This document shows, in pieces, positions 34,098 through 44,649 of a stretch of 64,000 nt of DNA; the first letter of the stretch is position 1; every line of letters begins with the position of its first letter. The notes beneath the pieces were generated by a model that was not told the DNA's origin, made no database searches, and saw nothing but the letters and a program-made list of their open reading frames with translations. Both the position numbers and the translations under genes were made by a program. The stretch lies in the NCBI GenBank assembly GCA_048128005.1, contig JBEUKZ010000117.1:1-64000 (forward strand), in the 5' to 3' direction. The DNA is from Veleropilina oligotropha (taxonomy: Eukaryota).

Positions 34098-37000
34098 CAA
34101 CCGCAAATCCTCGTTTCCGGTTACATTCCAGACACGTTAAGCGCACGTTGTCGCGGGTGTGGCCCCTGCTGTTGTCCACACGGTCGACACTGAACTGCTG
34201 TGTGTCCTTCGGGGAATATGCCCAGAGCAGCTCTATGTTGCATGCTGCGCAGCGGTTGTTTTGGGCCTCTCTGAGCCGCAGGATGTCGTCGACCTTGAGG
34301 TTAAACCCCGGGAGTCCCGTTGCCTGGTCCTGGCGTTTGTACGCCACAAGCTTTTTCTGGATGGTCTTTCGGAGCTGTTGCTCGGTTTGGGGGGGCCTGT
34401 CCTCAGAACCCTCATCCGGTGGACAGGTTACCCGTTCGAGCTGACGCAGCAGCTCCACCCGGGACACGGCTAGGTAGGCGAGATTACTCCACTGAAGGTA
34501 GTCGTCGATGATCCAGACTTTCTGTGGGTCGTGAATCGTAAGACCCTGGCTCGAATGGATGGTGAGAGCATAGCCCAGGCGCCAATCCGGGGTCAGGATA
34601 GCCCGCTCAGCGGCCTCAATGGTGACCTCGACGACGTCGTTCAGAACTAGCTCCTCTCTGTCGCTGGTGCCCGGAATGGTTACCATGATGTTCTGTTTTC
34701 TGCTGTCCCTGGGGTGGTACAGGATCGGGACATAGGAGTCTGGGAAGTGCTCCTTGTGCCTCTGGAGCAACAGCTCTTGAGCTCGTTCGCGGACCTTCTG
34801 ACGGCTTGTGAGGATTAGGTCGCGCGGCGTCCAGGTGTTGACGAACCGGTCCCATCCGAGGCAGCTGGGGAGGGTCCGTCGCATCTCGTCGCACTGGACT
34901 TTGTCGGGCTGGAGACGGATACGTCTTTTCAGGGCTTGGAGGGCGGGGTCGTCTTTCGCCCTGTAGTCTACTTCGATCTCTTCATAGTAGTCCGCGGTCT
35001 TTCGCAGCCAATCGTGCGGCATCTCGCCCGTAATCGGTGGTGGCTGGCCTTGATCACCACAGCAGATAACCTGCACTTCGTGGCGGCCCAGCCAGTCCAA
35101 GAACATCTCTAGAATAGCCCGGGGAACAGTACAGACCTCGTCCCAGATAATGACGCGCGGGATGAACTTCTGACCCATGCGGTCAGGCGTCCAGTCATTC
35201 TGGCCGCTCCATCGGAAGAAGCTGTGGTAGGTCTGGGCTTTGACGCCTCTGGTCCGCATCTCTTTAGCGAGGCGGTGGGTTGGTGTGAACACGACGGGAT
35301 TCCTTGCCCGAAAGAGCTCGATCGCTCTCGTAGTCTTGCCACAGCCCCCTCCACCGTTGAGGTAACTCAGGCGATGGTGGGTCAGTGTGTCATTGTAGCA
35401 TGGCGCGGTGCTCGGCTGGCTGGAATTGGCGGCACAACAATACTCTGGCTTGGGTAGGTATGCGGCATGTTCCTGTGGCATATACAGCTGTTCGCCCTTG
35501 TCACGCCACTGGGCTGGTGCTACTGGCGGAAGGTACGGCTCCGCGATCAGACATGAGATGCACGATTTCTCGCCACAGCCGCAGAGTCTGGGGGCAACGT
35601 ACACCGTGACATCGTCGAGCTTCTCCAACGAGGCCTTCTTGAGGTAGATGCTGTCAGTGGCTACTCGGACGGCTTCTGCTGCACTGAAACGCTGAAGCAT
35701 GCTCAAGAGGTTTATGTGGGCATAGGCCAACATGGACGCCCTCAGGTGGGCGTACTGAGGCTGGGAGCCATCATAGTACGTGAGGATGTGCCCCATAGGG
35801 CATCTCTGAGGAGCGCCAACCAGGGTACCGCTTTGGCGGGTGTCTCTTACGAGGAAGTCGAGCTCACCCTGGTCGGTCACCAGTCTACGAGTCAATCGCT
35901 TTCCGTCAGCTTTGGCGCCTTGGGTGAATTTGCCGATAATGCTGCAGCCCTGGTCACGATTCTCCGGAAGCCAGACATCGGTCTGGTTTTTGAACGCGAT
36001 GATGGCCTCTCGGATCTTGAGGCTTTTTAGCAGTCCAGAGTCTACGAGGAAGGCGAGCAGCGGGGTGGGTGCCCATCCATTCTCTGCAAAGTGCTTTCCG
36101 AACCATGCTACAATGACGGGGTGGATGTCTTGTGCGAACTCCCATTCCACGACCTCGGCAAACCCGGTACCGATTTCTCGGGGTAGAGGACCGTTAATTG
36201 CGACCCGGGTCATGCTGTGGAGTGGGTGTCCGAATCTTTCGAAATAGGGCTTAGCCTCGCCCTTCCCCAGAAAGCTTGCAGGGTAGCAGGATTTCATATC
36301 GATGCAGCAGACATCGCCCGTGTCGTAATTCATGGAATTCCACAGGCCGCCGTGGCCATGCTCTACACAGGCCTTCTGGATGTCATCGAGCAGGCCCGCT
36401 GGGGTCGGTTTCCAGCCGTTGGTCTCTTTAGCCATAATGCTAGCTGCATGGTTCACGCCAAAGGCTCTCTCGGCAAGGGACTCATTCCCCAGCGCTGTAC
36501 AGGCTTCCTGGAGTATCTCGTGAGTCTCTTTTGTCCTGTACGTGCGGCCGTCCTGAAGCACGAACTGGTCCACGCTGAGCTGTCGGTCTTTACCGCCTAG
36601 GAGCCAGACAGCCAATGGCTCGTTCTGTGTGGCTTGTCGGATAGCTTCCCAGACATCGCCCTCATACAGGTGGACCTCGCGAGACTGCGGGAAGTGTAGG
36701 TCCTTCGACCAGGCGTGGCCGTTGTGACAGATGAGTTCTATGGACTTCCACATACTGGCCTGGTATTTCCCACTGTTGTAGATGTCGGCACCTGCAATGT
36801 CTCTCAAGGTGATCGCCCGTTTGAGGATCTTCTCGAGGGTAGCTATATCATCCACAGTGGCGCCTGTTACATGGACTCGCTCTTCCCACTCCAGTATTTT
36901 CTGCCGCCTTGTCGGGGTGAGTCCGTGTCCTCTAAGGGCACCTTCGAAGTGCTCAACCACTCGTTGGGCAACGCAGTTGAGGTCGCCGTTCTTCATCGGA

Positions 37001-37920
37001 ACCAGGTTGGCGGGGTTTGGTTCTCTGAGAGGATAGACGCCGTAGACGACTGCAGTGACCGGGTAGGCATTCTCGTAGTAGACCTTGTCGACCCCAGTGA
37101 TAGCACCCGGCTTAGTGTCCTGAGAGATCTCAAAGACACCCTGGCCCTTCTTCCTCGCAGCTTTCACCGGGTCAAACTTGTCTTCGACCACCCAGTCACC
37201 TTCACCCCACTCACGCAAGAACTTTATTCTAAGGACATACTCGCCCTTTGGAAGGGCTGTGAGGAGCTGTGCCGCCCTTGCATCTGTCATACGGGCATCC
37301 AGGGCCAGCCGTCCAGCCACTTCTACCCTCCATGTGGAGAAAGCCGCCGCGGCACCATCGACCTCAAACTCGTCTTTGGCGTCGCTCAAGAGTTCCACCC
37401 ATGGCTCTTTTGCTGGGAGCCTTACTGGGGGAGGGACCTGGTCATCCAGGTCGATGAATCGTTGTCCCTCGGGTGTGGTAAATTGCCCTAGAAGATCCTT
37501 CTGGTAGTCCTGGGCTGTCCGGGGCATTTTGGAGATGAGAAGATCGGGCCCCTTCCGAGCAATAGCATGGGCAAGGGTCTCTTTCCGAGACCGCTTGACG
37601 ATTCGATCCGTGATGGCGCGAAGTGGCTTCAGTCGAATCCTGGGATTTTTCTCAGCCTGGGATTCGTATTTACGAGCCTGCAGGGCGGCGTCGACCTCGT
37701 CCTTAATCTGCCGCAACTCGCGAGCACGTCGGCCTCTTTTGTGGGGGTTCTCCACATCTCCACGTATGGAGGGGAACCTTCCCGTTTTCATCGCCCGCTC
37801 GAGTCTGCTCCGAAACTCCGCAGCACGGACCCTGGCGATTGCCCTGACGAGGTCGTGCTTCTTGAGCTTCGACCGAGCGGGAATCCCATAATCTTTCGCT
37901 AGATTGCGCAGGTCATCCAT
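34087..37920 (-). CDS. Replication protein: Rho-N/HeH-like domain, divergent family B DNA polymerase, SF1 (RecD/Pif1-like) helicase and C-terminal HNH-like zinc-binding endonuclease (about 1277 aa)
   Basis: LRNLAKDYGIPARSKLKKHDLV; IDMKSCYP, SIIGKF, RVATDSIY; GGGGCGKT, IIWDE, GDQGQ, YALTIHSSQG, YLAVSR; CAAC...SVDRVDNSRGHTRDNVRLTCLECN. Confidence 0.88.
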   Translation of the reverse strand: MDDLRNLAKDYGIPARSKLKKHDLVRAIARVRAAEFRSRLERAMKTGRFPSIRGDVENPHKRGRRARELRQIKDEVDAALQARKYESQAEKNPRIRLKPLRAITDRIVKRSRKETLAHAIARKGPDLLISKMPRTAQDYQKDLLGQFTTPEGQRFIDLDDQVPPPVRLPAKEPWVELLSDAKDEFEVDGAAAAFSTWRVEVAGRLALDARMTDARAAQLLTALPKGEYVLRIKFLREWGEGDWVVEDKFDPVKAARKKGQGVFEISQDTKPGAITGVDKVYYENAYPVTAVVYGVYPLREPNPANLVPMKNGDLNCVAQRVVEHFEGALRGHGLTPTRRQKILEWEERVHVTGATVDDIATLEKILKRAITLRDIAGADIYNSGKYQASMWKSIELICHNGHAWSKDLHFPQSREVHLYEGDVWEAIRQATQNEPLAVWLLGGKDRQLSVDQFVLQDGRTYRTKETHEILQEACTALGNESLAERAFGVNHAASIMAKETNGWKPTPAGLLDDIQKACVEHGHGGLWNSMNYDTGDVCCIDMKSCYPASFLGKGEAKPYFERFGHPLHSMTRVAINGPLPREIGTGFAEVVEWEFAQDIHPVIVAWFGKHFAENGWAPTPLLAFLVDSGLLKSLKIREAIIAFKNQTDVWLPENRDQGCSIIGKFTQGAKADGKRLTRRLVTDQGELDFLVRDTRQSGTLVGAPQRCPMGHILTYYDGSQPQYAHLRASMLAYAHINLLSMLQRFSAAEAVRVATDSIYLKKASLEKLDDVTVYVAPRLCGCGEKSCISCLIAEPYLPPVAPAQWRDKGEQLYMPQEHAAYLPKPEYCCAANSSQPSTAPCYNDTLTHHRLSYLNGGGGCGKTTRAIELFRARNPVVFTPTHRLAKEMRTRGVKAQTYHSFFRWSGQNDWTPDRMGQKFIPRVIIWDEVCTVPRAILEMFLDWLGRHEVQVICCGDQGQPPPITGEMPHDWLRKTADYYEEIEVDYRAKDDPALQALKRRIRLQPDKVQCDEMRRTLPSCLGWDRFVNTWTPRDLILTSRQKVRERAQELLLQRHKEHFPDSYVPILYHPRDSRKQNIMVTIPGTSDREELVLNDVVEVTIEAAERAILTPDWRLGYALTIHSSQGLTIHDPQKVWIIDDYLQWSNLAYLAVSRVELLRQLERVTCPPDEGSEDRPPQTEQQLRKTIQKKLVAYKRQDQATGLPGFNLKVDDILRLREAQNNRCAACNIELLWAYSPKDTQQFSVDRVDNSRGHTRDNVRLTCLECNRKRGFAVVNA

Positions 37921-37969
37921 GTTGCTGGGGGGGGTACACACTAGGATCTTTACTTCTCTAATATGAAAT

Positions 37970-38263
37970 TTACGCGTGGTAAATTGCAGCCATGCGGAGA
38001 AACTCTCTCTCGAAGGCCCTTTTCTTTCGTTGCCAGTCCATACCGTTCTCACTCTTATACCCACAGCCCTTACACAACGTAAGCCGGTTGAAAACGCCCT
38101 TCCCGCATTTGCTGCAGGGTTTTGTGCCCCGGCCATTTCGCCGTTGCCGAGCCAGATGGACTTTGCAATACGTGTTCAGACATCTCTTACCACATAGCTC
38201 CGTGGAGCTGATGGTGAGCCATTGACAGGTGTCCGTTCCCCACATATTGATAGCGGTTATCAT
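37970..38263 (-). CDS. Small Cys/His-rich zinc-binding protein (97 aa)
   Basis: C-x10-C...YCxxH followed by CSKC...CKGC; basic. Confidence 0.65.
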   Translation of the reverse strand: MITAINMWGTDTCQWLTISSTELCGKRCLNTYCKVHLARQRRNGRGTKPCSKCGKGVFNRLTLCKGCGYKSENGMDWQRKKRAFEREFLRMAAIYHA

Positions 38264-38290
38264 TGTATATACCAGTCTCTAATAGATATT

Positions 38291-38572
38291 ATGACACTAA
38301 GATATCGAGCCCGGTGCACGGTGAGAAATAACCGGCATGTTAGACGTTGTGTAGTTATACTTGAAAGCAACATGCCACAGGAAGACATTATTACGCTGTA
38401 CAGCGAACGGAGCTTCAGGCGCGTTAAAAACCTCTTAAACCGGGGCTATAACGTTTTGATCGTTGTACTCGACAATGGTGAACAAGCGATATATAAGAAG
38501 AAGACCAAAGACGGTAGAAAGGGAGTTGCACGAAATCAAACTCACCCCCCCTGCTACTGCTCGCATAACTGA
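38291..38572 (+). CDS. Small basic hypothetical protein
   Basis: ATG at 38291, divergent from the zinc-binding ORF; ends at the inner edge of the degenerate TIR. Confidence 0.4.
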   Translation: MTLRYRARCTVRNNRHVRRCVVILESNMPQEDIITLYSERSFRRVKNLLNRGYNVLIVVLDNGEQAIYKKKTKDGRKGVARNQTHPPCYCSHN

Positions 38573-38748
38573 GGAGCCCGGGCCGGCGAGGGTAGTGGGC
38601 CGTCCCTGGGGGCTCTATGTCGCTGTACACACGGTAACTTTTTTGTAATACACGATATACCCTGGGGTCTGAAATATAGCTGGGAGCCTTCCCGGTCGCC
38701 CCGGGGCCCTAGTCTAAACTCCCCTGCTGACTAGTCCGAGCTACCCTG

Positions 38749-38911
38749 AGTTCTGAAATGGTGCTGGGCGCTGTATTTTCCCATTCTAAAAAGTCCAATC
38801 ACCCCCCCTGCTGCTGAGTTGAGATCCATATTAATTCTGAAAAAGTGCTGGGAGCCTTAATTTCCCTCGCCGCGCCCCCACATAAAAGGTATGGTCACCC
38901 CCCCTGCTGCT
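38749..38911 (-). repeat. Right TIR of the Polinton-like element
   Basis: AGTTCTGAAATGGTG...GTCACCCCCCCTGCTGCT followed by TSD GCACC. Confidence 0.95.
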
Positions 38912-38949
38912 GCACCATTTATATAATAAAGTAAGTTACTAACTGTTCT

Positions 38950-39170
38950 TGATAACTCAACTGGCAGAGCGTCGGTAAAATGCTAAGTGGGATGTTGTGG
39001 GTTCAATCCACCGCTCTGGCGTGGTTATTCTAACGCTTAAAACTAATAGATGGCATATCACTAATGTTTGCCGGTCTGATCAAAGTGAGACCTTATACCG
39101 GGTGTCCCGACAACGATACAGCTGAACAATTGCTAAAAGTGGTCGTAAAACAATGTTGCCAGCCTGCCAT
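38950..39170 (+). mobile_element. Degenerate tRNA-derived SINE (paralogous copy at about 60735-60955)
   Basis: A-box-like TAACTCAACTGG (TAGCTCAACTGG in the paralog), B-box-like GGTTCAATCC, tail GATACAGCTGAACAATTGCTAAAAGTGGTCGTAAAAC. Confidence 0.55.
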
Positions 39171-39912
39171 AATGAGGAGCCATGTAATGATGCATAGATG
39201 CCACATTGCCTATTCGCATCGAGAGGACTTGACAAAATTCGTGGAAGTTCACCGTATCATAATAGTAGTGATATATTCATGACATATTTTTAAAATACAA
39301 TACATGCTATTAATTTTAACTTTACTTTCTGAAGTCATCAAAGTATTTTTCAGTTATTATACAAATTATAAATAGATATGGGCGGAAACCGACGTGAAAG
39401 ATCGCCATTAATAAAATGTTTGCACCTCTTTTTTGTCCCTTCATCAATCGGTGTAAACAAAATATTCTGGTGTATATAAGCTGTGGGATTAATGTATTTA
39501 TTTGTATATTTGTTTTATCTGGTTCATGTAGTATCTCATTCCTTCGTCATTAACACTGCTTGTTTCCAAACTCATGATTTGCGATATTCACGTCCTCTGT
39601 TTTATGTCACGTGGGTAAGTTTGAATCCTCAGTTGGGCGCCTTGTTCAGTTAGCGGCCACATGTCACATGACCGCGATTCAAGGGAGATAAATGGGGTAT
39701 TGAGCATCGATACAAGTCATATACTAATGGTAATATTTATTTCTTTTAAGGTTGCGACCGGTGTACTGACCAAACATCATCCAGACGCATTCACGAATAT
39801 TGACCTAAGAAATTTCTTCTCATCTTGAAAAATGAACAACGAAATAGTGGCTAAGTGATCATTAATGTGACCATCTACTCTTATAAATAATGTGGTTCAT
39901 ATTCAAACGAAA

Positions 39913-40850
39913 ATGAATCCTTTAACCTTTTCCACTTGCCAAAAGTCTTTCCAATATGAAGGCAGCTATAAAAAGCATGTCAAGAAACTTGAAAATGGAC
40001 ATCCATGCAGAGAAAAGCCGTATGTTTGTTGTCTATGCGACAAAACATTTCAACACAAGAGCAGTCTTTATGTTCACATGGTAGCTCATACCAGAGAGAA
40101 ATCCTATCAATGCGTTATTTGTAATCGGACCTTTTCTCTACAAAGTAATCTTAGTAGGCACATGCGAACCCATACTGGGGAAAAACCCTATCAATGCGTT
40201 ATTTGTAATAAGAGATTTTCTAGATGTGGTGTTCTTAAGATACACATGAGAGTCCATACTGAGGAGAAGCGTATCAATGCGTCATGTGCAATCAGACATT
40301 TTCACAAGAAGGTAATCTTCAAAGCCACATGAAAATCCATACGAAAGAGAAAGACTATCAATGTGTTGTGTGTGATAAGACATTCTCCGAACTACGTAAT
40401 CTCAAGAATCACATGGTAATCCATACTGGGGAGAAAGCTTATCAATGTGTTGTGTGTGATAAGACATTTTCGGAAGCAAGTTCTCTTAAGAGACACATGC
40501 GGACCCATACTAGGGGGAAAGCTTATCAATGTTTTGTGTGTGATAGGGCATTTTCGGAAGCAAGTTCTCTAAAGAGACACATGCGGACCCATACTGGGGA
40601 GAAAGCTTATCAATGTGTTGTGTGTGATAAGGCATTTTCGGAAGCAAGTTCTCTTAAGAGACACATGCGGACCCATACTGGGGAGAAAGCTTATCAATGT
40701 GTTGTGTGTGATAAGGCATTTTCGGAAGCAAGTTCTCTTAGGAGACACATGCGGACCCATACTGGAGAGAAACCTTACCAGTGCGTCGTCTGCAACAAGG
40801 CATTTTCTCGAAAATATAGTCTTAAGACGCACATGAAAACCCATACATGA
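39913..40850 (+). pseudogene. C2H2 zinc-finger array gene (10 canonical fingers plus 1 atypical) with a 1-bp deletion near 40270
   Basis: TGEKPY-type linkers; GAGAAGCGTAT here versus GAGAAGCCGTAT in the intact paralog at about 62155. Confidence 0.85.
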
Positions 40851-41149
40851 TTATTCGAATGCAGCAAAAAGCACTTAAAATAGTTGAACGAAAAAAAATG
40901 ATGCATATTTTTGCAAAATAGTCAACCTGCACATTTTGGAAGAAAATGAAAATTTACTATTTATGAACTTTCAAGTCAGCAAGAGATAAAGAGTTAATAT
41001 CTGCGATGTCGAAACGAGCACATTAAAATCCAAACGGGAGAAACCATCTCATTCCTTTTATAACATGAAGAGATTATTAATATCGAATGATCTTAATCAA
41101 AACTTCTGAATCCATACCCACATCAGTTGTGTGTTATCTCGCTTGGTCA

Positions 41150-41643
41150 TGTAATCCCACCTGTATTGGTGAGACCGCATATGCCATATGTAATCCCACC
41201 TGTATTGGTGAGACTGCATATGACAGATGTTATCCCACCTGTTTTGGTGAGACCGCGTATGAATTTGATGTAATCCCACCTGTATTGTTGAGACGGTGTA
41301 TGACAGATGTAATCCCACCTGTATTGGTGATTTCATGTATGATATGTAATCCCACCTGTATTGGTGATTTTGCGTATGACATGTAATCCCGCCTGTATTG
41401 GTGAGACCGCGTATGACATATGTAATCCCACCTGTATTGGTGAGACCGCGTACGACTGAGTTGTAATCCCACCTGTTTTGTTGAAACCGCGCATGACATG
41501 TAATCCCACCTGTATCGGTGAGACCGTGTATGACTGATGTAATCCCACCTGTATTGGTGAGACCGCATATGGCAGATGTAACCCCACCTGTATTGGTGAG
41601 ACCGCATATGACAGATGTAATCCCACCTGTATTGGTGAGACCG
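41150..41643. repeat. Minisatellite, 37-40-bp unit (TGTAATCCCACCTGTATTGGTGAGACCGC...)
   Basis: Direct tandem repetition; same family at 62965-64000. Confidence 0.95.
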
Positions 41644-42770
41644 CTCCGGTAGCCATGTGGTCTTCAGTGTCGTACAGGCCACTCCGGTAGCTGTGTGGTC
41701 TTCAGTGTCATACATGCCGCTCCGGTAGCTGTGTGGTCTTCAGTGTCATACTTGCCGCTCCGGTAGCCGTGTGGTCTTCAGTGTCATACAAGCCAATCCG
41801 GTAGCCGTGTGGTCTTCAGTGTCGTACAGGCAGCTCCGGTAGCCGTGTGGTCATTAGTGTCATACAGGCCGCTCCGGTAGCCATGTGTTCGTCAGTGTCG
41901 TACAAACCGCTCCAGTAGCCATGTGGTCGTCAGTGTCGTACAAACCGCTCCAGTAGCCATGTGGTCTTCAGTGTCATACAAGCCGATCCGGTAGCCGTGT
42001 GGTCTTCAGTGTCGTACAGGCCGCTCCGGTAGCCGTGTGGTCATTAGTGTCATACAGGCCGCTCCGGTAGCCATGTGGTCGTCAGTGTCATACTTGCCGC
42101 TCCGGTAGCCGTGTGGTCTTCAGTGTCATACAAGCCGATCCGGTAGCCGTGTGGTCTTCAGTGTCGTACAGGCAGCTCCGGTAGCTGTGTGGCCCACAGT
42201 GTCATACATGCCGCACTGGTAGCCGTGTGGCCCACAGTGTCGTACAGGCAGCTCCGGTAGCCATGTGGTCTTCAGTGTCGTACAGGCAGCTCCGGTAGCA
42301 GTGTGGCCTACAGTGTCGTACAGGCTGCTCCGGTAGCCATGTGGTCTTCAGTGTCGTACATGCCGCTCCGGTAGCCGTGTGGTCATTAGTGTCATACAGG
42401 CCGCTCCGGTAGCCATGTGGTCGTCAGTGTCGTACAAACCGCTCCAGTAGCCATGTGGTCTTCAGTGTCATACAAGCCGATCCGGTAGCCGTGCGGTCTT
42501 CAGTGTCGTACAGGCCGCTCCAGTAGCCGTGTGGTCTTCAGTGTCGTACAGGCCGCTCCAGTAGCCGTGTGGCCTTCAGTGTCATACACGCCACTCCGGT
42601 AGCCATGTGGTCTTCAGTGTCATACACGCCACTCCGGTCGCCATGTGGTCTTCAGTGGCATGATACAGGCCGCTCATGTAGGCGTGCGGTCTTTGGTGTC
42701 ATACACGCCACTCCGGTCGCCATGTGGTCTTCAGTGTCATGATTCAGGCCGCTCCAGTAGCCGTGTGGTC
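41641..42770. repeat. Minisatellite, 38-bp unit (CCGCTCCGGTAGCCRTGTGGTCTTCAGTGTCRTACAGG)
   Basis: About 29 tandem copies. Confidence 0.95.
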
Positions 42771-42937
42771 TGATTTGAACAATGGCATTACTTGTTCAGT
42801 TACCAATCACAGTTGTCCGGAGAGGGCGAGCATCATGGGGTATCCTGGATTTCATATTGCGTTCATGTGGACATGTCTGTCCTGCTTTGAACCGAATTTT
42901 TTAATTATACAGGACATCGCTTCAATCCAATCCTTCA

Positions 42938-43265
42938 GTACCATACCAGGACTTGTCCATAATATCGCGGGAGGAAAGCCGGTAAACATGGCCGTACCAT
43001 ACCAGGACTTGTCCATATTATCGCGGGACGTAAACATGCCCGTACCATACCAGGACTTGTCCATATTATCGCGGGAGGTAAACATGCCCGTACCATACCA
43101 GGACTTGTCCATATTATCGCGGGAGGTAAACATGGCCGTACCATACCAGGACTTGTCCATATTATCGCGGGAGGTAAACATGCCCGTACCATACCAGGAC
43201 TTGTCCATAATATCGCGGGAGGTAAACATGTCCGTACCATACCAGGACTTGTCCATATTATCGCG
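42938..43265. repeat. Minisatellite, 48-bp unit
   Basis: GTACCATACCAGGACTTGTCCATATTATCGCGGGAGGTAAACATGCCC repeated about 7 times. Confidence 0.95.
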
Positions 43266-44232
43266 TAGGAAAGCCATGTTAAACATGCCGGCCAGTTATG
43301 GACAACTGGAGCTAATGACTTGCCAACGCGACCAGCCAAAGATTCCCACCCACTTCCGTGAATCAGAACAGAAATAATTAATTGTGCATTAATGAAACGT
43401 TTATAAAAAGCAAAGACTATGGTCAAAGCATTTGCAAAGGGAAATGAATAACGTGGGGTCAATACCGTGTATGTCTGCCTGTTGCATCGACACAAATCAT
43501 GCCCATGCCGTTTCTCTACATAATCCATCAGATGGTGATTAAAATGTCTTGCAGAATGCCATTCCGTAAATCAACACCAGAGTTAAACATGTCAACTTCA
43601 CATGCTGATTAGTTGACGGCCCATTTGAAGGTTCTAGAATCGAAATTACACGCAGTTATTGCTATATGACAACAGTTTTACCTGTCCTGGCAACTTTAAT
43701 GCTGACTGTGATAATCTGTTTCCAACACATTTTCAACATATGTAATTTGGGTTAATGGGAAACCTAACAATGCAGCTGTTATAGAGGTAAACTCGAGCGA
43801 TTTGTCAAATTATGGTTCCGACTTAGTGACCTAGCTTGACACCCAATCACTGGTGTACCAGTCGTACTTAGATTATTTCTCGACTCTTCATTGATTTTAT
43901 TGCAAGCTGTAAGCATAACATGCTTTTAGCCTTATACGGCATACATTATTAATACACAGTACAGTTTCATTGCAAATCGTATACTAGTACATGTAGTTCG
44001 GTTTCGATGGCATAAATAGAGTGAAAATTATATACTAAGCTATAAAACATTTGCGTAGAAAGAACAATACAATGAATATAATATTGATATAAAATATTCA
44101 GTTGATATGAAAGTGATCAATAATAAACATCAAGTGTAATGTCTACATGAATTTAACAAAAACAACAACAATTAAAATACATATTATATCATCATAATAA
44201 AATGTAAAATGATTTGCTTAGTGAGAGATATA

Positions 44233-44649
44233 TTAAGTACTATTTCTTAGACAAAGAGCATATTTAATAAATAAACCGATATTATTAAGGTGTTTTCTAG
44301 AATCATTCGACATTAAATTAATGAATTTCTGCATGGTGGGCCATCTAGTGAAATATTTGGGATAGTATTTGAGACGTAAATCACGGTACAAGGGACAGAC
44401 CAACATAAAATGATATTCGTCCTCAATAGATCTATTGAAACATTTTATGCAAAATCGGTCGCGTCTCTCAATGCCCCTAAATCTGCCCTCCTCGATTGCC
44501 AGTTTGCATGAGCCACTTCTAATTTGAGCTATTAATTTTCTCAATGTAACATTTAAATTTAAATAGTTTTCGAACCTTAGCGTCATTTTAAATTGAGAAT
44601 AGAGTCTTAATTTAGAAGTATTTCCGACTGATTCATACCAGGATTGCAC
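44233..44649 (-). pseudogene. 3' end of a LINE ORF2 (5'-truncated)
   Basis: KLRLYSQFK, RSGSCKLAIEEGR, RFCIKC...IEDEYHFMLVCPLY zinc-knuckle tail. Confidence 0.85.

Larger units (their letters stand above)
23143..38911. mobile_element. Endogenous Polinton/Maverick-like virus, full length (15769 bp)
   Basis: AG..CT termini, 163-bp TIRs, 5-bp TSD GCACC (23138-23142, 38912-38916), empty site at 60690-60710; visibly GC-richer, intronless, densely packed ORFs including integrase, packaging ATPase, capsid-like proteins and a PolB-helicase. Confidence 0.95.

Noticed and set aside
37921..38136. N-terminal 72-aa extension of the 1349-aa ORF
   Set aside because: Overlaps the Cys-rich 97-aa ORF on the same strand; the recognisable domain starts at the ATG at 37920
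23460..38700. Adenain-like cysteine protease expected in Polintons
   Set aside because: No ORF with a recognisable His...Gln-x-Cys-Gly protease pattern was seen; a very divergent one cannot be excluded without profile searches
41087..43528. Repeat ORFs and possible CRISPR arrays in the minisatellites (also 62886-63977)
   Set aside because: Head-to-tail units without unique spacers; the ORFs are by-products of the repeat
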